A stretch of 64,000 nucleotides of DNA from Pseudomonadales bacterium (GTDB lineage: Bacteria; Patescibacteriota; Microgenomatia; UBA1400; PJMF01): contig JACKFW010000001.1 of the NCBI GenBank assembly GCA_020632265.1, positions 455-64,454 on the forward strand, read 5' to 3'. Numbering within the stretch: position 1 is the first letter of the stretch; each line of letters begins with the position of its first letter. The position numbers were made by a program, and so were the translations under genes. The notes below the pieces were generated by a model that made no database searches, was not told where the DNA came from, and saw only the letters and a list, made by a program, of their open reading frames with translations. Shown here piece by piece: positions 37,796 through 48,308 of the stretch.

Positions 37796-38893
37796 TTACG
37801 TTTTTTTACCGATTCTGACTAGAATACCTGTGGCAAAGAGTAACATGACTAATGACGATCTTCCATATGAGAAAAAAGGAAGCGTCATTCCAGTAAGTGG
37901 AACTAGTCCAACTACTGCACTTAAATTTAATATAACTTGTAAGCCTATCCAAATTATAATACCAAATCCTAGCAATTTAATTGATTTTTCTTTGAGTGAT
38001 GTAATTATTATCTTGTATGCATTATAAAAATATGCGGAAAATAGCCCTAAAATAGTGATTGAACCAATAAAACCAATTTCTTCAGCAATAATTGCGAAAA
38101 TTGAATCGGTGCTTGCTTCTGGTATATATGAGTATTTTTGTTTTGAATTTCCGATTCCCTGACCAGTCCATCCTCCCCTACCTAGAGCTAAAGTAATTTG
38201 TTTAATATGAAAACTAGCTCCCAAAGGATCTGATTCTGGATTAATAAAAGTTGTTAATCTTTTTAATCTGTAGGGAGAAAAAAGAATTGCAATGATCACA
38301 ATTGGAATACCAATTGTTGCTAAACCAAAAAGTTTCATTTTATCTCCGCCAGCAACAAAAAACATTCCGCAAGCAATTGCAATTAATAACAAAAGTGATC
38401 CTAGATCAGGCTGAAGAATCACTAATAATGCTGGAATTGTTGTTAAAAATAGAAATGGTCTAAAATTTTGATGTTTGCTTAACCAGCTGGAGAAAAAAAC
38501 AATTAAAGCAAACTTAAAAAATTCAATTGATTGAAATCGGATGTTACCAATAGATATCCATCTTCTTGATCCATTAAGTGAAAGTCCTAGTCCAGGAACA
38601 AATACCAAACACAACAGTATTATTCCAACAATGTACCATAACAATGAAGATTTTATCCAAAGTTTTGATGGAATAATTAAGCCAATAATTAAGGCAACTA
38701 AGCCAATTACCAGTCCAATACTATGTTGAAATAAAAAATGATATTGATTATCAAAAAGAGTAAAGCTTTCTGCTGTAGATGATTCAAACACAAAAATTAG
38801 TCCCAAGAAGCTCATTATTAAAGTAATAACAAGTAAATAAATGTGATTTTTGGATTTGGGTAATTCTTTGATTGGATTTCTACTCATGGGCAA
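37796..38893 (-). CDS. ftsW: SEDS family lipid II flippase / peptidoglycan polymerase FtsW
   Basis: 365 aa and polytopic. It has the SEDS C-terminal motif (GLVPLTGMTLPFFSYGRSS). It lies within the dcw cluster between mraY and murG. Confidence 0.8.
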   Translation of the reverse strand: MPMSRNPIKELPKSKNHIYLLVITLIMSFLGLIFVFESSTAESFTLFDNQYHFLFQHSIGLVIGLVALIIGLIIPSKLWIKSSLLWYIVGIILLCLVFVPGLGLSLNGSRRWISIGNIRFQSIEFFKFALIVFFSSWLSKHQNFRPFLFLTTIPALLVILQPDLGSLLLLIAIACGMFFVAGGDKMKLFGLATIGIPIVIIAILFSPYRLKRLTTFINPESDPLGASFHIKQITLALGRGGWTGQGIGNSKQKYSYIPEASTDSIFAIIAEEIGFIGSITILGLFSAYFYNAYKIIITSLKEKSIKLLGFGIIIWIGLQVILNLSAVVGLVPLTGMTLPFFSYGRSSLVMLLFATGILVRIGKKT

Positions 38894-38937
38894 TAGAGAA
38901 ATTTAAAATATTTTTTGATCAATGCATTATAAAAAAC

Positions 38938-39981
38938 TTAAAGAACGGCCAGCCAGACTCCAAAAATGGTAAGCATTATTTGTAACAACCAGGCTCTTTG
39001 TACAATTTTTGGTTCTTCCCATCCATACTTTTGCAGACTTAAATGAATTGGAGCTGCTGGAAATAATTTCTTTTTCAAGAATTTTTTTGATAAAAGTTGA
39101 ATCAATGAGCTTGAGATTTCAATAACAAAAATAAAACTAATTACAATTAAAGCGATGATTTTTCCTAATAATAAACCAATGACAGCAAGAGTTGCTCCAA
39201 AGGCTAAAGAGCCTACGTCTCCCATAAAAATTCTGGCTGGATATACATTGAAGTATAAAAATGAAATCATTGAGCCGATTAATAATGCTAAAAATATTGA
39301 AATTGGAATATCTAATATCGCTGATGATAAAAACCAGAGTCCAAAAAGTGAAATCATTAGTGATCCAGCTGCCAAACCATCTAGGCCGTCTGTGATATTA
39401 ATAGCATTTGCAAAAGAAACTATTGTAAAAGTAGCAAAGGGTATGTAAAAAATTCCAAGTTGGAAGGTACCAACAAAAGGAATATTGAGTATTGAAATAC
39501 CGAGGTTGTAATAAAGCATTACGGCTATGATGAAACTTAATATAATCTCAAATATTAATTTGTGTTTTAGTCTCAGACCAAATAAGCCTTTTTGTTCAAA
39601 TTTAAAAAACTTCTTAACGTCATCATAAAGTCCGAGCATTCCAAATGAAAGAAATGTGAAAAATAAAATATTCACTTCTTCTTTTATTGCTCCATAGTTA
39701 CTCGTAATGTCTACTCCAAAATAGTTGACCATTGGCATTAAAATAAAAAATAATGCTGAAACAACTGTTATTACAAGAAAACCGCCTCCGACTGGAACAC
39801 CTGCCTTAATTTTATGAAATTTATTGAATATTGGAGTAAGAGCTCCAAATGCATCTCTGGTTTCCTGTTTTGCTCGTTGAAATTTTAATTTATATAAAAG
39901 ATCGATAAAAGGTATTATGGTAATGCTAGTGACAACAAAAGATAAAATTAATATGCTTAATATTAATGCTAAGGAGTTCAT
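38938..39981 (-). CDS. mraY: Phospho-N-acetylmuramoyl-pentapeptide transferase
   Basis: 347 aa with MraY motifs (NAINITDGLDGLA, FMGDVGS). Confidence 0.9.
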   Translation of the reverse strand: MNSLALILSILILSFVVTSITIIPFIDLLYKLKFQRAKQETRDAFGALTPIFNKFHKIKAGVPVGGGFLVITVVSALFFILMPMVNYFGVDITSNYGAIKEEVNILFFTFLSFGMLGLYDDVKKFFKFEQKGLFGLRLKHKLIFEIILSFIIAVMLYYNLGISILNIPFVGTFQLGIFYIPFATFTIVSFANAINITDGLDGLAAGSLMISLFGLWFLSSAILDIPISIFLALLIGSMISFLYFNVYPARIFMGDVGSLAFGATLAVIGLLLGKIIALIVISFIFVIEISSSLIQLLSKKFLKKKLFPAAPIHLSLQKYGWEEPKIVQRAWLLQIMLTIFGVWLAVL

Positions 39982-39995
39982 ATTAGTTAATTCTA

Positions 39996-41312
39996 TTACT
40001 TTCTGACAATCTTTGCACCCATTGATTTCAATCTTTTATCAAGTGATTCATAACCTCTATCAACATGTTCAATATTTTTGATGATTGTTGTGCCCCTAGC
40101 AACCATAGCAGCTAAAATTAAAGTAGCTCCGTGTCTTAAGTCTTTCACTTCAAAATTACCAGATTTCAATGGAGTTGATCCTTTAATTTTAATTGCGTGT
40201 TTATAGGAGGGATCATCATCTTTTAAATCAAAGTTATAAATGTTTTCAGGATGAGCTATTTTTGGATTGAATAGCTCAATATTTGCTCCCATACTTATTA
40301 ACTCATCAACATACTGAAAACGATTTGCCATAATTGTTTCATGTAGAACACTTGTTCCTTCGCACTGAGTTAGCACTGTTGCCATTAATGGTTGCCAGTC
40401 AGTCATAAATCCTGGTTCAATTTCAGTAGTAATATCAGCAGCTTTTAATTTTCCTTTGTAATAAAATCTAATACCATATTGACCTATTTCAAATCCAGCG
40501 CCTATTTCTTCTAGCTTATTTAAAAATGCTTTTAAATGATCGTGGCGTGCATTTTCAATAATGACGTCACCCTTAGTTGCAATTGCAGCGCAAGCATAAC
40601 TCACTGCTTCATTTCTATCTGGAATGATTTTATGAATTGCTCCGTGGAGTTTTTTAACTCCATCTATTTCGATAATTCTATAAGATCTTCGTCGAATTCT
40701 TGCTCCCATTTCATTTAGGTAATCAATAAGATCGTCGATTTCAGGTTCCAAGGCTGCATTTTCTAAAATAGTTTGTCCTTTGGCTTTGACAGCCGCCATA
40801 ATTAATGTTTCAGTTCCTGTATGACTATTTTTTTCAAATTTATAGCGATTGCCAATTAATCCTGTTGTTTTTGCTATATACATTCCTTTTTCTAGAATAA
40901 CTTTTGCGCCTAGGGCTTCAAGACCTTCGAAATGTCTACCCAGTGGTCTTTTTCCAATTTTGTCACCTCCTGGAGCTGGTACCCTAGCTTCTCCAAATTT
41001 AGCTAAAAGTGGAGGAATAAACATGGTAGAAAATCTACCTTGTTCACCATGCTCTCGATCTATTTCAAATGAATTAATGCTTTTTGGGTGTATGGATATG
41101 GCTCTCTCTCCAGCTCGATTAACTTTGGCACCTAAGTATGAAATAATTTTTGCAACTAATTCAACATCGCTGATTCTTGAAAAATTCAACAATCTAGATT
41201 CAGTATCTGCTAATAATGAGGCAATCATTAGTTTGTATGAAGCGTTTTTTGCTCCACCAATTCTTACCGAACCATAAAGAGGAGTTCCTCCAGTTACATG
41301 AAATTCTGACAT
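39996..41312 (-). CDS. murA: UDP-N-acetylglucosamine 1-carboxyvinyltransferase
   Basis: 438 aa with an EPSP-synthase-like fold and a MurA N-terminus (FHVTGGTPLYGSVRIGGAKN). Confidence 0.9.
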   Translation of the reverse strand: MSEFHVTGGTPLYGSVRIGGAKNASYKLMIASLLADTESRLLNFSRISDVELVAKIISYLGAKVNRAGERAISIHPKSINSFEIDREHGEQGRFSTMFIPPLLAKFGEARVPAPGGDKIGKRPLGRHFEGLEALGAKVILEKGMYIAKTTGLIGNRYKFEKNSHTGTETLIMAAVKAKGQTILENAALEPEIDDLIDYLNEMGARIRRRSYRIIEIDGVKKLHGAIHKIIPDRNEAVSYACAAIATKGDVIIENARHDHLKAFLNKLEEIGAGFEIGQYGIRFYYKGKLKAADITTEIEPGFMTDWQPLMATVLTQCEGTSVLHETIMANRFQYVDELISMGANIELFNPKIAHPENIYNFDLKDDDPSYKHAIKIKGSTPLKSGNFEVKDLRHGATLILAAMVARGTTIIKNIEHVDRGYESLDKRLKSMGAKIVRK

Positions 41313-41328
41313 AATTACTTTCTATTTA

Positions 41329-42483
41329 TTAATGAGTGATTCCTTTTAATTCGCTTTCTTCAAATCCTAAAAAAAATATTTCAGGTTTTAGTTTTATTCC
41401 AGCAATATTTTTCGTTTCTTCTATGATTTTTCTGATTAGTTCAAGATAATCTTTAGCAGTTGCATTTCCAACATTTTCTAAAAATGCCGCATGATTTTCA
41501 GATATTTTTACATCACCAATTCTATACCCTTTTTTATTGAGAATGTGTTCTACAATGTATCCTACACTTGAAGTTGGATAATTTAATGAGTTTTTTTGAT
41601 TCTCAGTAAGATTCTGAAATATGCATCCTAAAGATTTCTTAGGCTGTATTGCTTTTCTAATGGCCCATTCTTTAGCTACATTAGCAGCCATAATCTTATC
41701 TCCTTTAAACAATTTTAGTCTTGCAGAAACGATGATTTCGTTATTGCTGTGAAATCTTGATTTATCATAGCCAATTTTTAGTTTATTTTTTGGAAGTATT
41801 TTAATTTTACCATTTTCATCAATTATTTTTACTGACTCAATTACTTCAGAAATAAAATGTGTTCCGCCATGAATATTATTATAAATAGCTCCTCCTATTG
41901 TGGCTGGAATTCGTGAATACCATTGTAGCCCTGTTATACCTCTTCCAATTAAAGTATTAATGGCTACTGGTAATGCTACTCCTGAGTCTACTTCAACAAT
42001 TACTGTGGGATAGTTTGATTCGTCATAATCTAAATCGGAAAATTCGTATTTGAATGTTCCCTTAACTTTATCTGAATGCCAGCGGGATTTTAAAACTCCA
42101 CTTTTATGATTTATATCTTTGATATTTATGGATTCATTTGTTGTTTTTTTTGTAGTTTGATCATTGGTTTGATCCTCGGTTTCATCTGTGACTTTATTGG
42201 AATTTTCGATAACCTGAATATTATTTGAATTGTTTTTAATTACCAATCCTCTAATTCCTTTGTCTGAGATTAATACATTTGCACCCCACCCTAGGATTGT
42301 GAAGGGAATTTTTTCTTTTATCGAATAAGAAATGAGCTTAACAAAATCTTGAGAGTTTTTGGTTTCACAAAATACTTCGGCTGGACCTCCAATTTTAACC
42401 GTAGTGTAGTTTGCTAGTAGATGTTCTTTTTTAAATTCTAATTTATTAAATTGGGTTGTAAGATTTTCGTACAGATTGATCAT
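41329..42483 (-). CDS. murB: UDP-N-acetylenolpyruvoylglucosamine reductase, with a ~90-aa low-complexity insertion
   Basis: 384 aa. An FAD-binding N-terminus (TVKIGGPAEVF) and the MurB C-terminal domain are present. An internal N/T/D/E-rich segment is absent from typical ~300-aa MurB proteins. Confidence 0.75.
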   Translation of the reverse strand: MINLYENLTTQFNKLEFKKEHLLANYTTVKIGGPAEVFCETKNSQDFVKLISYSIKEKIPFTILGWGANVLISDKGIRGLVIKNNSNNIQVIENSNKVTDETEDQTNDQTTKKTTNESINIKDINHKSGVLKSRWHSDKVKGTFKYEFSDLDYDESNYPTVIVEVDSGVALPVAINTLIGRGITGLQWYSRIPATIGGAIYNNIHGGTHFISEVIESVKIIDENGKIKILPKNKLKIGYDKSRFHSNNEIIVSARLKLFKGDKIMAANVAKEWAIRKAIQPKKSLGCIFQNLTENQKNSLNYPTSSVGYIVEHILNKKGYRIGDVKISENHAAFLENVGNATAKDYLELIRKIIEETKNIAGIKLKPEIFFLGFEESELKGITH

Positions 42484-42491
42484 ATGTTTTA

Positions 42492-43901
42492 TTATAACAA
42501 GTCATGTACTTTATATATGTTGCCAGCACCAAGGGTTAACACAACATCGCCGGATTTAAGACATGCTTTGAGGTGTTTTGCGAGTTTTTCAACTGTCCCT
42601 AGATTTTCCACTTGAATGTTGGGAAATTTAGTTTTGATTCCATTTACAATGTCATCACTACTGATCGATGAATCTAGTGATTCTCTAGCTGAGGAAAAAA
42701 TGTCTAGGAATAAGACTTCATGAGCATTTTTAAATGAATCGATAAAATCTTTTAATAATCTTTTTGTTCTTGAAAAGGTATGTGGTTGAAAAACAATAAT
42801 TTTTCTTTCTTTAGGATACCAATTATTTAAAGCTGATATTACTGAAAGAATTTCATTGGGATGATGTGCGTAATCGTCATAAAAAGTAACTCCATTTTTT
42901 ATGCCTATTAATTCAAATCGTCTTTGTGTTGAGTTAAATAATTTTAAGGCATTAATTGATTCGACAATCGAGACGTTTACACTGTAGCACGCTGCAATTG
43001 CAGCTGTAGCATTCTCCAAATTATACATTCCAGGGACTTTTAGAGTTAATTCATATTTTTTGTTATTAAATATTAAGCTTCCGTTATTTGAGCCAGGATT
43101 ACCTGGTTTTTGATCATAGTAAAAATCAGCTTCCTCATTGTTACCGAATGTTAAGATTGTTTTTGCGCAAGTAGTTGGATTATAAATTAGGTCTTTGTAA
43201 TTTAAAATTAAAAAGCCATTATTTGAAATTTGATTAAAAAATTTAAAAAAAACATCTTTGGTTTGAGCAAAATCTTTATAAACATCTGGATGGTCGAATT
43301 TTAAATTTGTACAAACTGTGGTAAAAGGTTTTAAAAATGAGAATCTTGGAATAATTTTTTCATGTCTTTCTATACAACTGGGGTCAATTACGTACTCATC
43401 GGCTTCGCTAACAAATAGATCTGAGTCTTGATCCCATTTAGCTGTTTTATTTAATCCTGGAATGTTTCCAACTCCAATTGAAAATGAAGGATTTCTGCCG
43501 GTGATTTCCAAAATCCAAGCTATCATTGCACTTACGGTGGATTTTCCTCCTACGCCACAAACCGCAATTCCTTTTTTCAAATTAAAAAATTTGGCTAACA
43601 CCTCGGCTTGCGATAATGCAGGAATATTTTTCTTTTTTGCTGCTATTACTTGAGGATTGAAAGGTCCATTATGGGCAGCAGTATAAATTACATAATCAGT
43701 ATCTTTTGGTATTTCCGTTTCAAAACCATTTAATATATCAATATTTAATTTTTTTAGAATATCTTGAGTAACAAAATTTTCTTCTACATCACTTCCTGAT
43801 ACTCTTTTTTTTGCGTCAATCAGAATTTGTGCTATTGCGGTCATAGCAACGCCTTTTATACCTACTAGGAAAAAATTATTGTAATCTAAAATTGACATCA
43901 T
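42492..43901 (-). CDS. murC: UDP-N-acetylmuramate--L-alanine ligase
   Basis: 469 aa with the Mur ligase P-loop (GVGGKSTVSAMIA) and MurC-type N-terminal domain. Confidence 0.85.
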   Translation of the reverse strand: MMSILDYNNFFLVGIKGVAMTAIAQILIDAKKRVSGSDVEENFVTQDILKKLNIDILNGFETEIPKDTDYVIYTAAHNGPFNPQVIAAKKKNIPALSQAEVLAKFFNLKKGIAVCGVGGKSTVSAMIAWILEITGRNPSFSIGVGNIPGLNKTAKWDQDSDLFVSEADEYVIDPSCIERHEKIIPRFSFLKPFTTVCTNLKFDHPDVYKDFAQTKDVFFKFFNQISNNGFLILNYKDLIYNPTTCAKTILTFGNNEEADFYYDQKPGNPGSNNGSLIFNNKKYELTLKVPGMYNLENATAAIAACYSVNVSIVESINALKLFNSTQRRFELIGIKNGVTFYDDYAHHPNEILSVISALNNWYPKERKIIVFQPHTFSRTKRLLKDFIDSFKNAHEVLFLDIFSSARESLDSSISSDDIVNGIKTKFPNIQVENLGTVEKLAKHLKACLKSGDVVLTLGAGNIYKVHDLL

Positions 43902-43902
43902 T

Positions 43903-44880
43903 TTATTTAAGTATTTTTCTAAAGATATTTTCGAGTTTTTTTGAATCGTGTCTTAAATAAGATCTATAAGAAGTGTCATATTCTTTTGTTGAAACGATAT
44001 TTTCTAAAAGAAGCTCTGCTCGAACAATTCTTAAATCTCCATTTAAATCATCTTCAACTGGGAATTCTTGAGCATTTTCGTAAATTTTCAAGATATCATT
44101 GGGTATTTTAGAATCATTGATTAAAATATAATTGACCTTTTTATTAATTGCATTTTCAATTTCATCTAAATGATTTGAAATTGTCATCCCATATGTTTGG
44201 GTTCTTCTAGTCATAAGGTTGGAAATATACATAATTTTAGCATTCGATTGTTGAAATGCATTTTTTATTCCATCAACAACTAGAGTAGCGAGCAAACTCG
44301 CATAATGATCTCCTGGTCCAATAACTATGTAATCAGCTTCGATAATTGATTTTTTTGCTGGTTTGCTTAATTTACAGTTTGGAACTAAAGAAACCTTTTC
44401 AATTTTCTTAGGGTGATGATCATTATTATCTAGAATATGTTCTCCAATTGCAGTAGTACCATCTTGATAATGAATTTTTAAATTAACATTGGCTTGAGTA
44501 ACAGGTATCACCGTTCCATCTAAATGAAATATTTTTTCAGCAATAGTTAGTGATTCCACTGTATTGCCAGTCAAATCTTGAAGTGCTGTCAAAATTAAAT
44601 TGCCAAGATTATGTCCTTTTAAACCAGATCCTTTTGAAAAACGATACAAAAGTATTTCTTTGATCCATTTTTGACCTTCCTTATTTGCTAAAGCAGCTAG
44701 GGATTGACGCAAATCACCCACTGGCTGAAATCCAAACTCATCTCTAATTCTTCCCGTCGAACCTCCAGAATCTGATACAGAAATAATTGCTGAAATATCA
44801 ACGTTTAATGATTTTAAAGCAGAAACAACAGGGAAGGTACCAGTTCCACCTCCCATTGCAACTATTTTTAGTTTTTTCAT
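43903..44880 (-). CDS. YvcK/UPF0052 (CofD-like) family protein, gluconeogenesis factor / UDP-sugar-binding morphogenesis protein
   Basis: 325 aa starting MKKLKIVAMGGGTGTFPVVSALK, a typical YvcK N-terminus. Confidence 0.75.
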   Translation of the reverse strand: MKKLKIVAMGGGTGTFPVVSALKSLNVDISAIISVSDSGGSTGRIRDEFGFQPVGDLRQSLAALANKEGQKWIKEILLYRFSKGSGLKGHNLGNLILTALQDLTGNTVESLTIAEKIFHLDGTVIPVTQANVNLKIHYQDGTTAIGEHILDNNDHHPKKIEKVSLVPNCKLSKPAKKSIIEADYIVIGPGDHYASLLATLVVDGIKNAFQQSNAKIMYISNLMTRRTQTYGMTISNHLDEIENAINKKVNYILINDSKIPNDILKIYENAQEFPVEDDLNGDLRIVRAELLLENIVSTKEYDTSYRSYLRHDSKKLENIFRKILK

Positions 44881-44881
44881 A

Positions 44882-46111
44882 TTATTTCACCCTTGGATGT
44901 TGCTCATTTAAGATTTGCTCAACTGCTTTTATATCATTCCATGGATATTCTATACCGTCGTAATTCATGCTTTCTTCGTGACCTTTGCCTAGAATTGCTA
45001 TAGTATCTCCCGGTTTAGCTAATTTCATAATAGCAAATTCAATTGCTTCTCCTCTTTTGGCAATTGATAAAATCCTATCATGTCCACTAGATATTTGTTC
45101 CTTCATTTGTCTGATGATTGACCAAACATCTTCATCTCTTGGATCTTCAGCTGTGAAGATGGATAAATCCGCAAGTTGAGTTGCAATTTTACCCATTTCT
45201 GGTCTTTTTTTAATGTCTCTTTTTCCTGCGCATCCAAAGACAGTAATAAGTCTGCCAGAATTATGATTTTTTTCCTGTTTTTCTTTTAGAGATCTCAGAA
45301 CGGATTTTAAACCTTGGGGAGTATGTGCGAAGTCGACAATGATGTTGAGTTTTTTATTGTTTGCAACTTTTTCCATTCTACCTGGAACCCCCTTAAAGCT
45401 CATTAGAGCATTTACAAAATCAATTTCATTAATGTTTAATGATTTTGAAATTGCATAAACCAATTTGGCATTCATTTGATTATAATCTTCAGGAAATGTT
45501 TTTTTAATAATTCTTTGAACTTTTTTTGGCAATTGCGAATCTTTTGAATAAGTTACTAAATTATTCTTAAGAATTTTTATTAAGGGAAGATATGATTGAT
45601 CATCTGAATTAATAACTGCTATTGGTGCTTTTGCTAAAATTTCAGCTTTTGCTTTTAAATATTCATCGTAGTTAATATGATAGTCTAAATGTTCGCTTGC
45701 AATATTTGTAAGTCCAGAGATAATTGGAGTGACTCCCCAAGTTCTATATTGATAATTCCCATGAGATGTTACTTCTAATACTAAATATTCATATTTTTTA
45801 TCAACCATTCTTTTCATAAACTTTTGTAAGTCTGAAGGCTGAGGAGATGTTACATGAAAACCCGTACTTATAGAATCACTTCCTAAATAAGCTGCTACGG
45901 TAGAAAGCAAGCCCACCTTTTTTTTGGCAGTTTTTAAGACATGATAAAGTAAAGTTGAAGAAGTGGTTTTTCCATCTGTGCCAGTGATAGTAATAATTTT
46001 TAAACTTTTAGCAGGAAATTTATATTTAATTTCTGCTTTTAATCCATTCAATACTCCAGTTTTAATAAAATGATATGGTTTTTTAATTTTATATAAAAAG
46101 TGTTTAATCAT
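44882..46111 (-). CDS. murE: Mur ligase, MurE-like (UDP-MurNAc-L-Ala-D-Glu:diamino acid ligase) with a shortened N-terminal domain
   Basis: 409 aa with the P-loop GTDGKTT near residue 45, plus LEVTSHG, EHLDYH, DFAHTPQGL and KGHE motifs as in MurE. Its position after ftsI matches the dcw order. Confidence 0.6.
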   Translation of the reverse strand: MIKHFLYKIKKPYHFIKTGVLNGLKAEIKYKFPAKSLKIITITGTDGKTTSSTLLYHVLKTAKKKVGLLSTVAAYLGSDSISTGFHVTSPQPSDLQKFMKRMVDKKYEYLVLEVTSHGNYQYRTWGVTPIISGLTNIASEHLDYHINYDEYLKAKAEILAKAPIAVINSDDQSYLPLIKILKNNLVTYSKDSQLPKKVQRIIKKTFPEDYNQMNAKLVYAISKSLNINEIDFVNALMSFKGVPGRMEKVANNKKLNIIVDFAHTPQGLKSVLRSLKEKQEKNHNSGRLITVFGCAGKRDIKKRPEMGKIATQLADLSIFTAEDPRDEDVWSIIRQMKEQISSGHDRILSIAKRGEAIEFAIMKLAKPGDTIAILGKGHEESMNYDGIEYPWNDIKAVEQILNEQHPRVK

Positions 46112-46159
46112 AGCTTCATTATATATACAACCTGTTGAAGTGAAAGTCTAGATATTTTT

Positions 46160-47950
46160 TTAATCAAAACTTTCAGGAAAAACATTTAATAATAGGTTTA
46201 ATTTATTTGCAATTTTATACCAAAGTGGCGCTGCTGTTTCTGCAGCCCAAGGTGATTGAGTTGGTTCTACAAGTTTGATTATCATAATGTATTTCGGATC
46301 TTCAGGAGGTGTAAATCCAATAAAACTTGCAATAGTTTTTTCATTATCATAGCCATTTTCTGTTACAACCTGAGATGTGCCAGTTTTACCTGCTACAGCA
46401 TATGTTTTTGAGGCAATCCACTGAGCTTCTCCATGTTGTGCGGCTGTAATAAGCATTTTTGTAACTGTATCAGCAGATTCTTTTGAAATAACCCTACGTA
46501 CTTGAGTGGGTGTATTCTCAATTACTTCTCCGGTTGCAGTATTTTTTACACTATCAACTATCATGGGTTTCATCATAATTCCACCATTTGCAATGGCGCC
46601 AATTGCTCTTATTAGTTGTAGGGTGTTTACCACAACTCCTTGACCAAATGAAGTCGTGGCTAATTTCACTTCTCCCCATTGATCTGGAAAAGGAGTTGAG
46701 CGATCTTCTTGTAAGTCGATACCAATTTCTTCTCCTATTCCAAATTTTTCTAAATATGATTTATATTTATCTATTCCAATTTTTTCAGCTACAAAAATCA
46801 TTGCTGTATTATCAGATTTCGCAAGACCTTCTTCAATTGTAATGTTGGGATTGTATTCATTGTTCCAAGTTCTGATAGTATATTTTCCAAATTGTCTTGG
46901 TCCATCACACTTAATACATTGAATATCCGGTTGAATTACTCCTTCTTCAATTCCAGCTGAAACAGTAATTGCTTTAAATGTACTTCCAGGTTCATATAAA
47001 TCACTTAATGAAGGATTTTTATGAAATTGCGAATCAGTTTTATAGAATTCTGATTGTGAATAATCTGGATAAGCGGCTAATCCTAAAATTTTACCTGTTT
47101 TAGGTTCCATCACTATGGCCTCTCCAGATTTAGCTCCATATTTTTTCACTCCTCCCTCAATTTCTTCTTCAAGTAAAAATTGCACATCTCTTCTTAAAGT
47201 TGTTGTAATATTTCTGCCATCAATAAGATTACTGTCCTCAATATTTTGATCACTCAATTGCAATCCCAGAGCGTCAGTAATCACAGTATTTTTTGAAGAT
47301 CTTGCTTTTAGCTCATTTTCCAAAGCTCCTTCCAATCCAAAATAGCCAATATCGTTTCCATCTTCATCTTTACCAACAAAGCCAGTAACATGAGCTGCCA
47401 TTGATGCTTCTGGATAGTATCTTTGTAAATGAGGATCAAAACCAAGAGCATTGATTTCTAAAGATTCAATTTGTTTTTTGGTTTCTTCTGAAAGGTTTGT
47501 TTTTAAACTAATCCATCGACTATTAATATTTTCAAGCTTAATTAAAAGCTGTTCTTCATAAGATTTAGCGATTTCTTCTTTTGTGGCACTATCTGAGGCT
47601 TCAGCATATTCATCAATTTCATTTAAAAGTATGGGAGAGAGTAATTTGGATACCTGTTCTGGGTTTTGATCTAAAATTTGCGGTTGAACAAATAAAGTGT
47701 AAACTCGCTTGTTGGTAACCAGGGTATAACCGTCAGAAGTGTAAATGCTCCCTCTGTTGCCAGTTAAAGTAACTGAGCGTCTATATTGGTTTTCAGCTTG
47801 CTGTTGTAAAGAATCTCCTTTCACTATTTGCCAGTAAAATAATCTAACTGTGATTGCTAGTAAACCCAGGTATATGGTAATTAAAATGATTTTTCCTCTT
47901 TTTAACGAGGAGTCTGAATTATGCTGATTTTTTTTTGATATGTGAATCAT
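46160..47950 (-). CDS. ftsI: Penicillin-binding protein 2 / FtsI (class B PBP transpeptidase)
   Basis: 596 aa with an N-terminal TM, a dimerisation domain and a transpeptidase with STFK, SDN and KTGT motifs. Confidence 0.85.
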   Translation of the reverse strand: MIHISKKNQHNSDSSLKRGKIILITIYLGLLAITVRLFYWQIVKGDSLQQQAENQYRRSVTLTGNRGSIYTSDGYTLVTNKRVYTLFVQPQILDQNPEQVSKLLSPILLNEIDEYAEASDSATKEEIAKSYEEQLLIKLENINSRWISLKTNLSEETKKQIESLEINALGFDPHLQRYYPEASMAAHVTGFVGKDEDGNDIGYFGLEGALENELKARSSKNTVITDALGLQLSDQNIEDSNLIDGRNITTTLRRDVQFLLEEEIEGGVKKYGAKSGEAIVMEPKTGKILGLAAYPDYSQSEFYKTDSQFHKNPSLSDLYEPGSTFKAITVSAGIEEGVIQPDIQCIKCDGPRQFGKYTIRTWNNEYNPNITIEEGLAKSDNTAMIFVAEKIGIDKYKSYLEKFGIGEEIGIDLQEDRSTPFPDQWGEVKLATTSFGQGVVVNTLQLIRAIGAIANGGIMMKPMIVDSVKNTATGEVIENTPTQVRRVISKESADTVTKMLITAAQHGEAQWIASKTYAVAGKTGTSQVVTENGYDNEKTIASFIGFTPPEDPKYIMIIKLVEPTQSPWAAETAAPLWYKIANKLNLLLNVFPESFD

Positions 47951-48020
47951 TTAATTACAAACCTATTTAAGACTGTATTTATAATACAATAATTACATTA
48001 AATATATAGGATATTGCAAA

Positions 48021-48308
48021 TTATCTCGAGGCAACTTCTTTGTTTGAGGTAATAATAATTGTTTTTCCAATTCCTTGAAATTGAGCAAGATCTTCTTGAT
48101 TAATTATTTGAGATAAAGAGCTTTTTTGTGATAATTCGGCCGATAATTTTAGTTGTTGTTGAAGTAAATTATTTTTTTGTAGTTTAAGTTGAGCAATTTT
48201 TGTACTGTGATGAGATGAAAGTCCGCCCTGAAAAATAGTCATCACGATATTTATACCAACGATTGTTGTTAATACTGCATAATATAATTTTGTTTTATGT
48301 ATTTTCAT
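48021..48308 (-). CDS. FtsL-like small bitopic cell division protein
   Basis: 95 aa with a single TM followed by a coiled-coil-like region. It sits between rsmH and ftsI as in canonical dcw clusters. Confidence 0.45.
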   Translation of the reverse strand: MKIHKTKLYYAVLTTIVGINIVMTIFQGGLSSHHSTKIAQLKLQKNNLLQQQLKLSAELSQKSSLSQIINQEDLAQFQGIGKTIIITSNKEVASR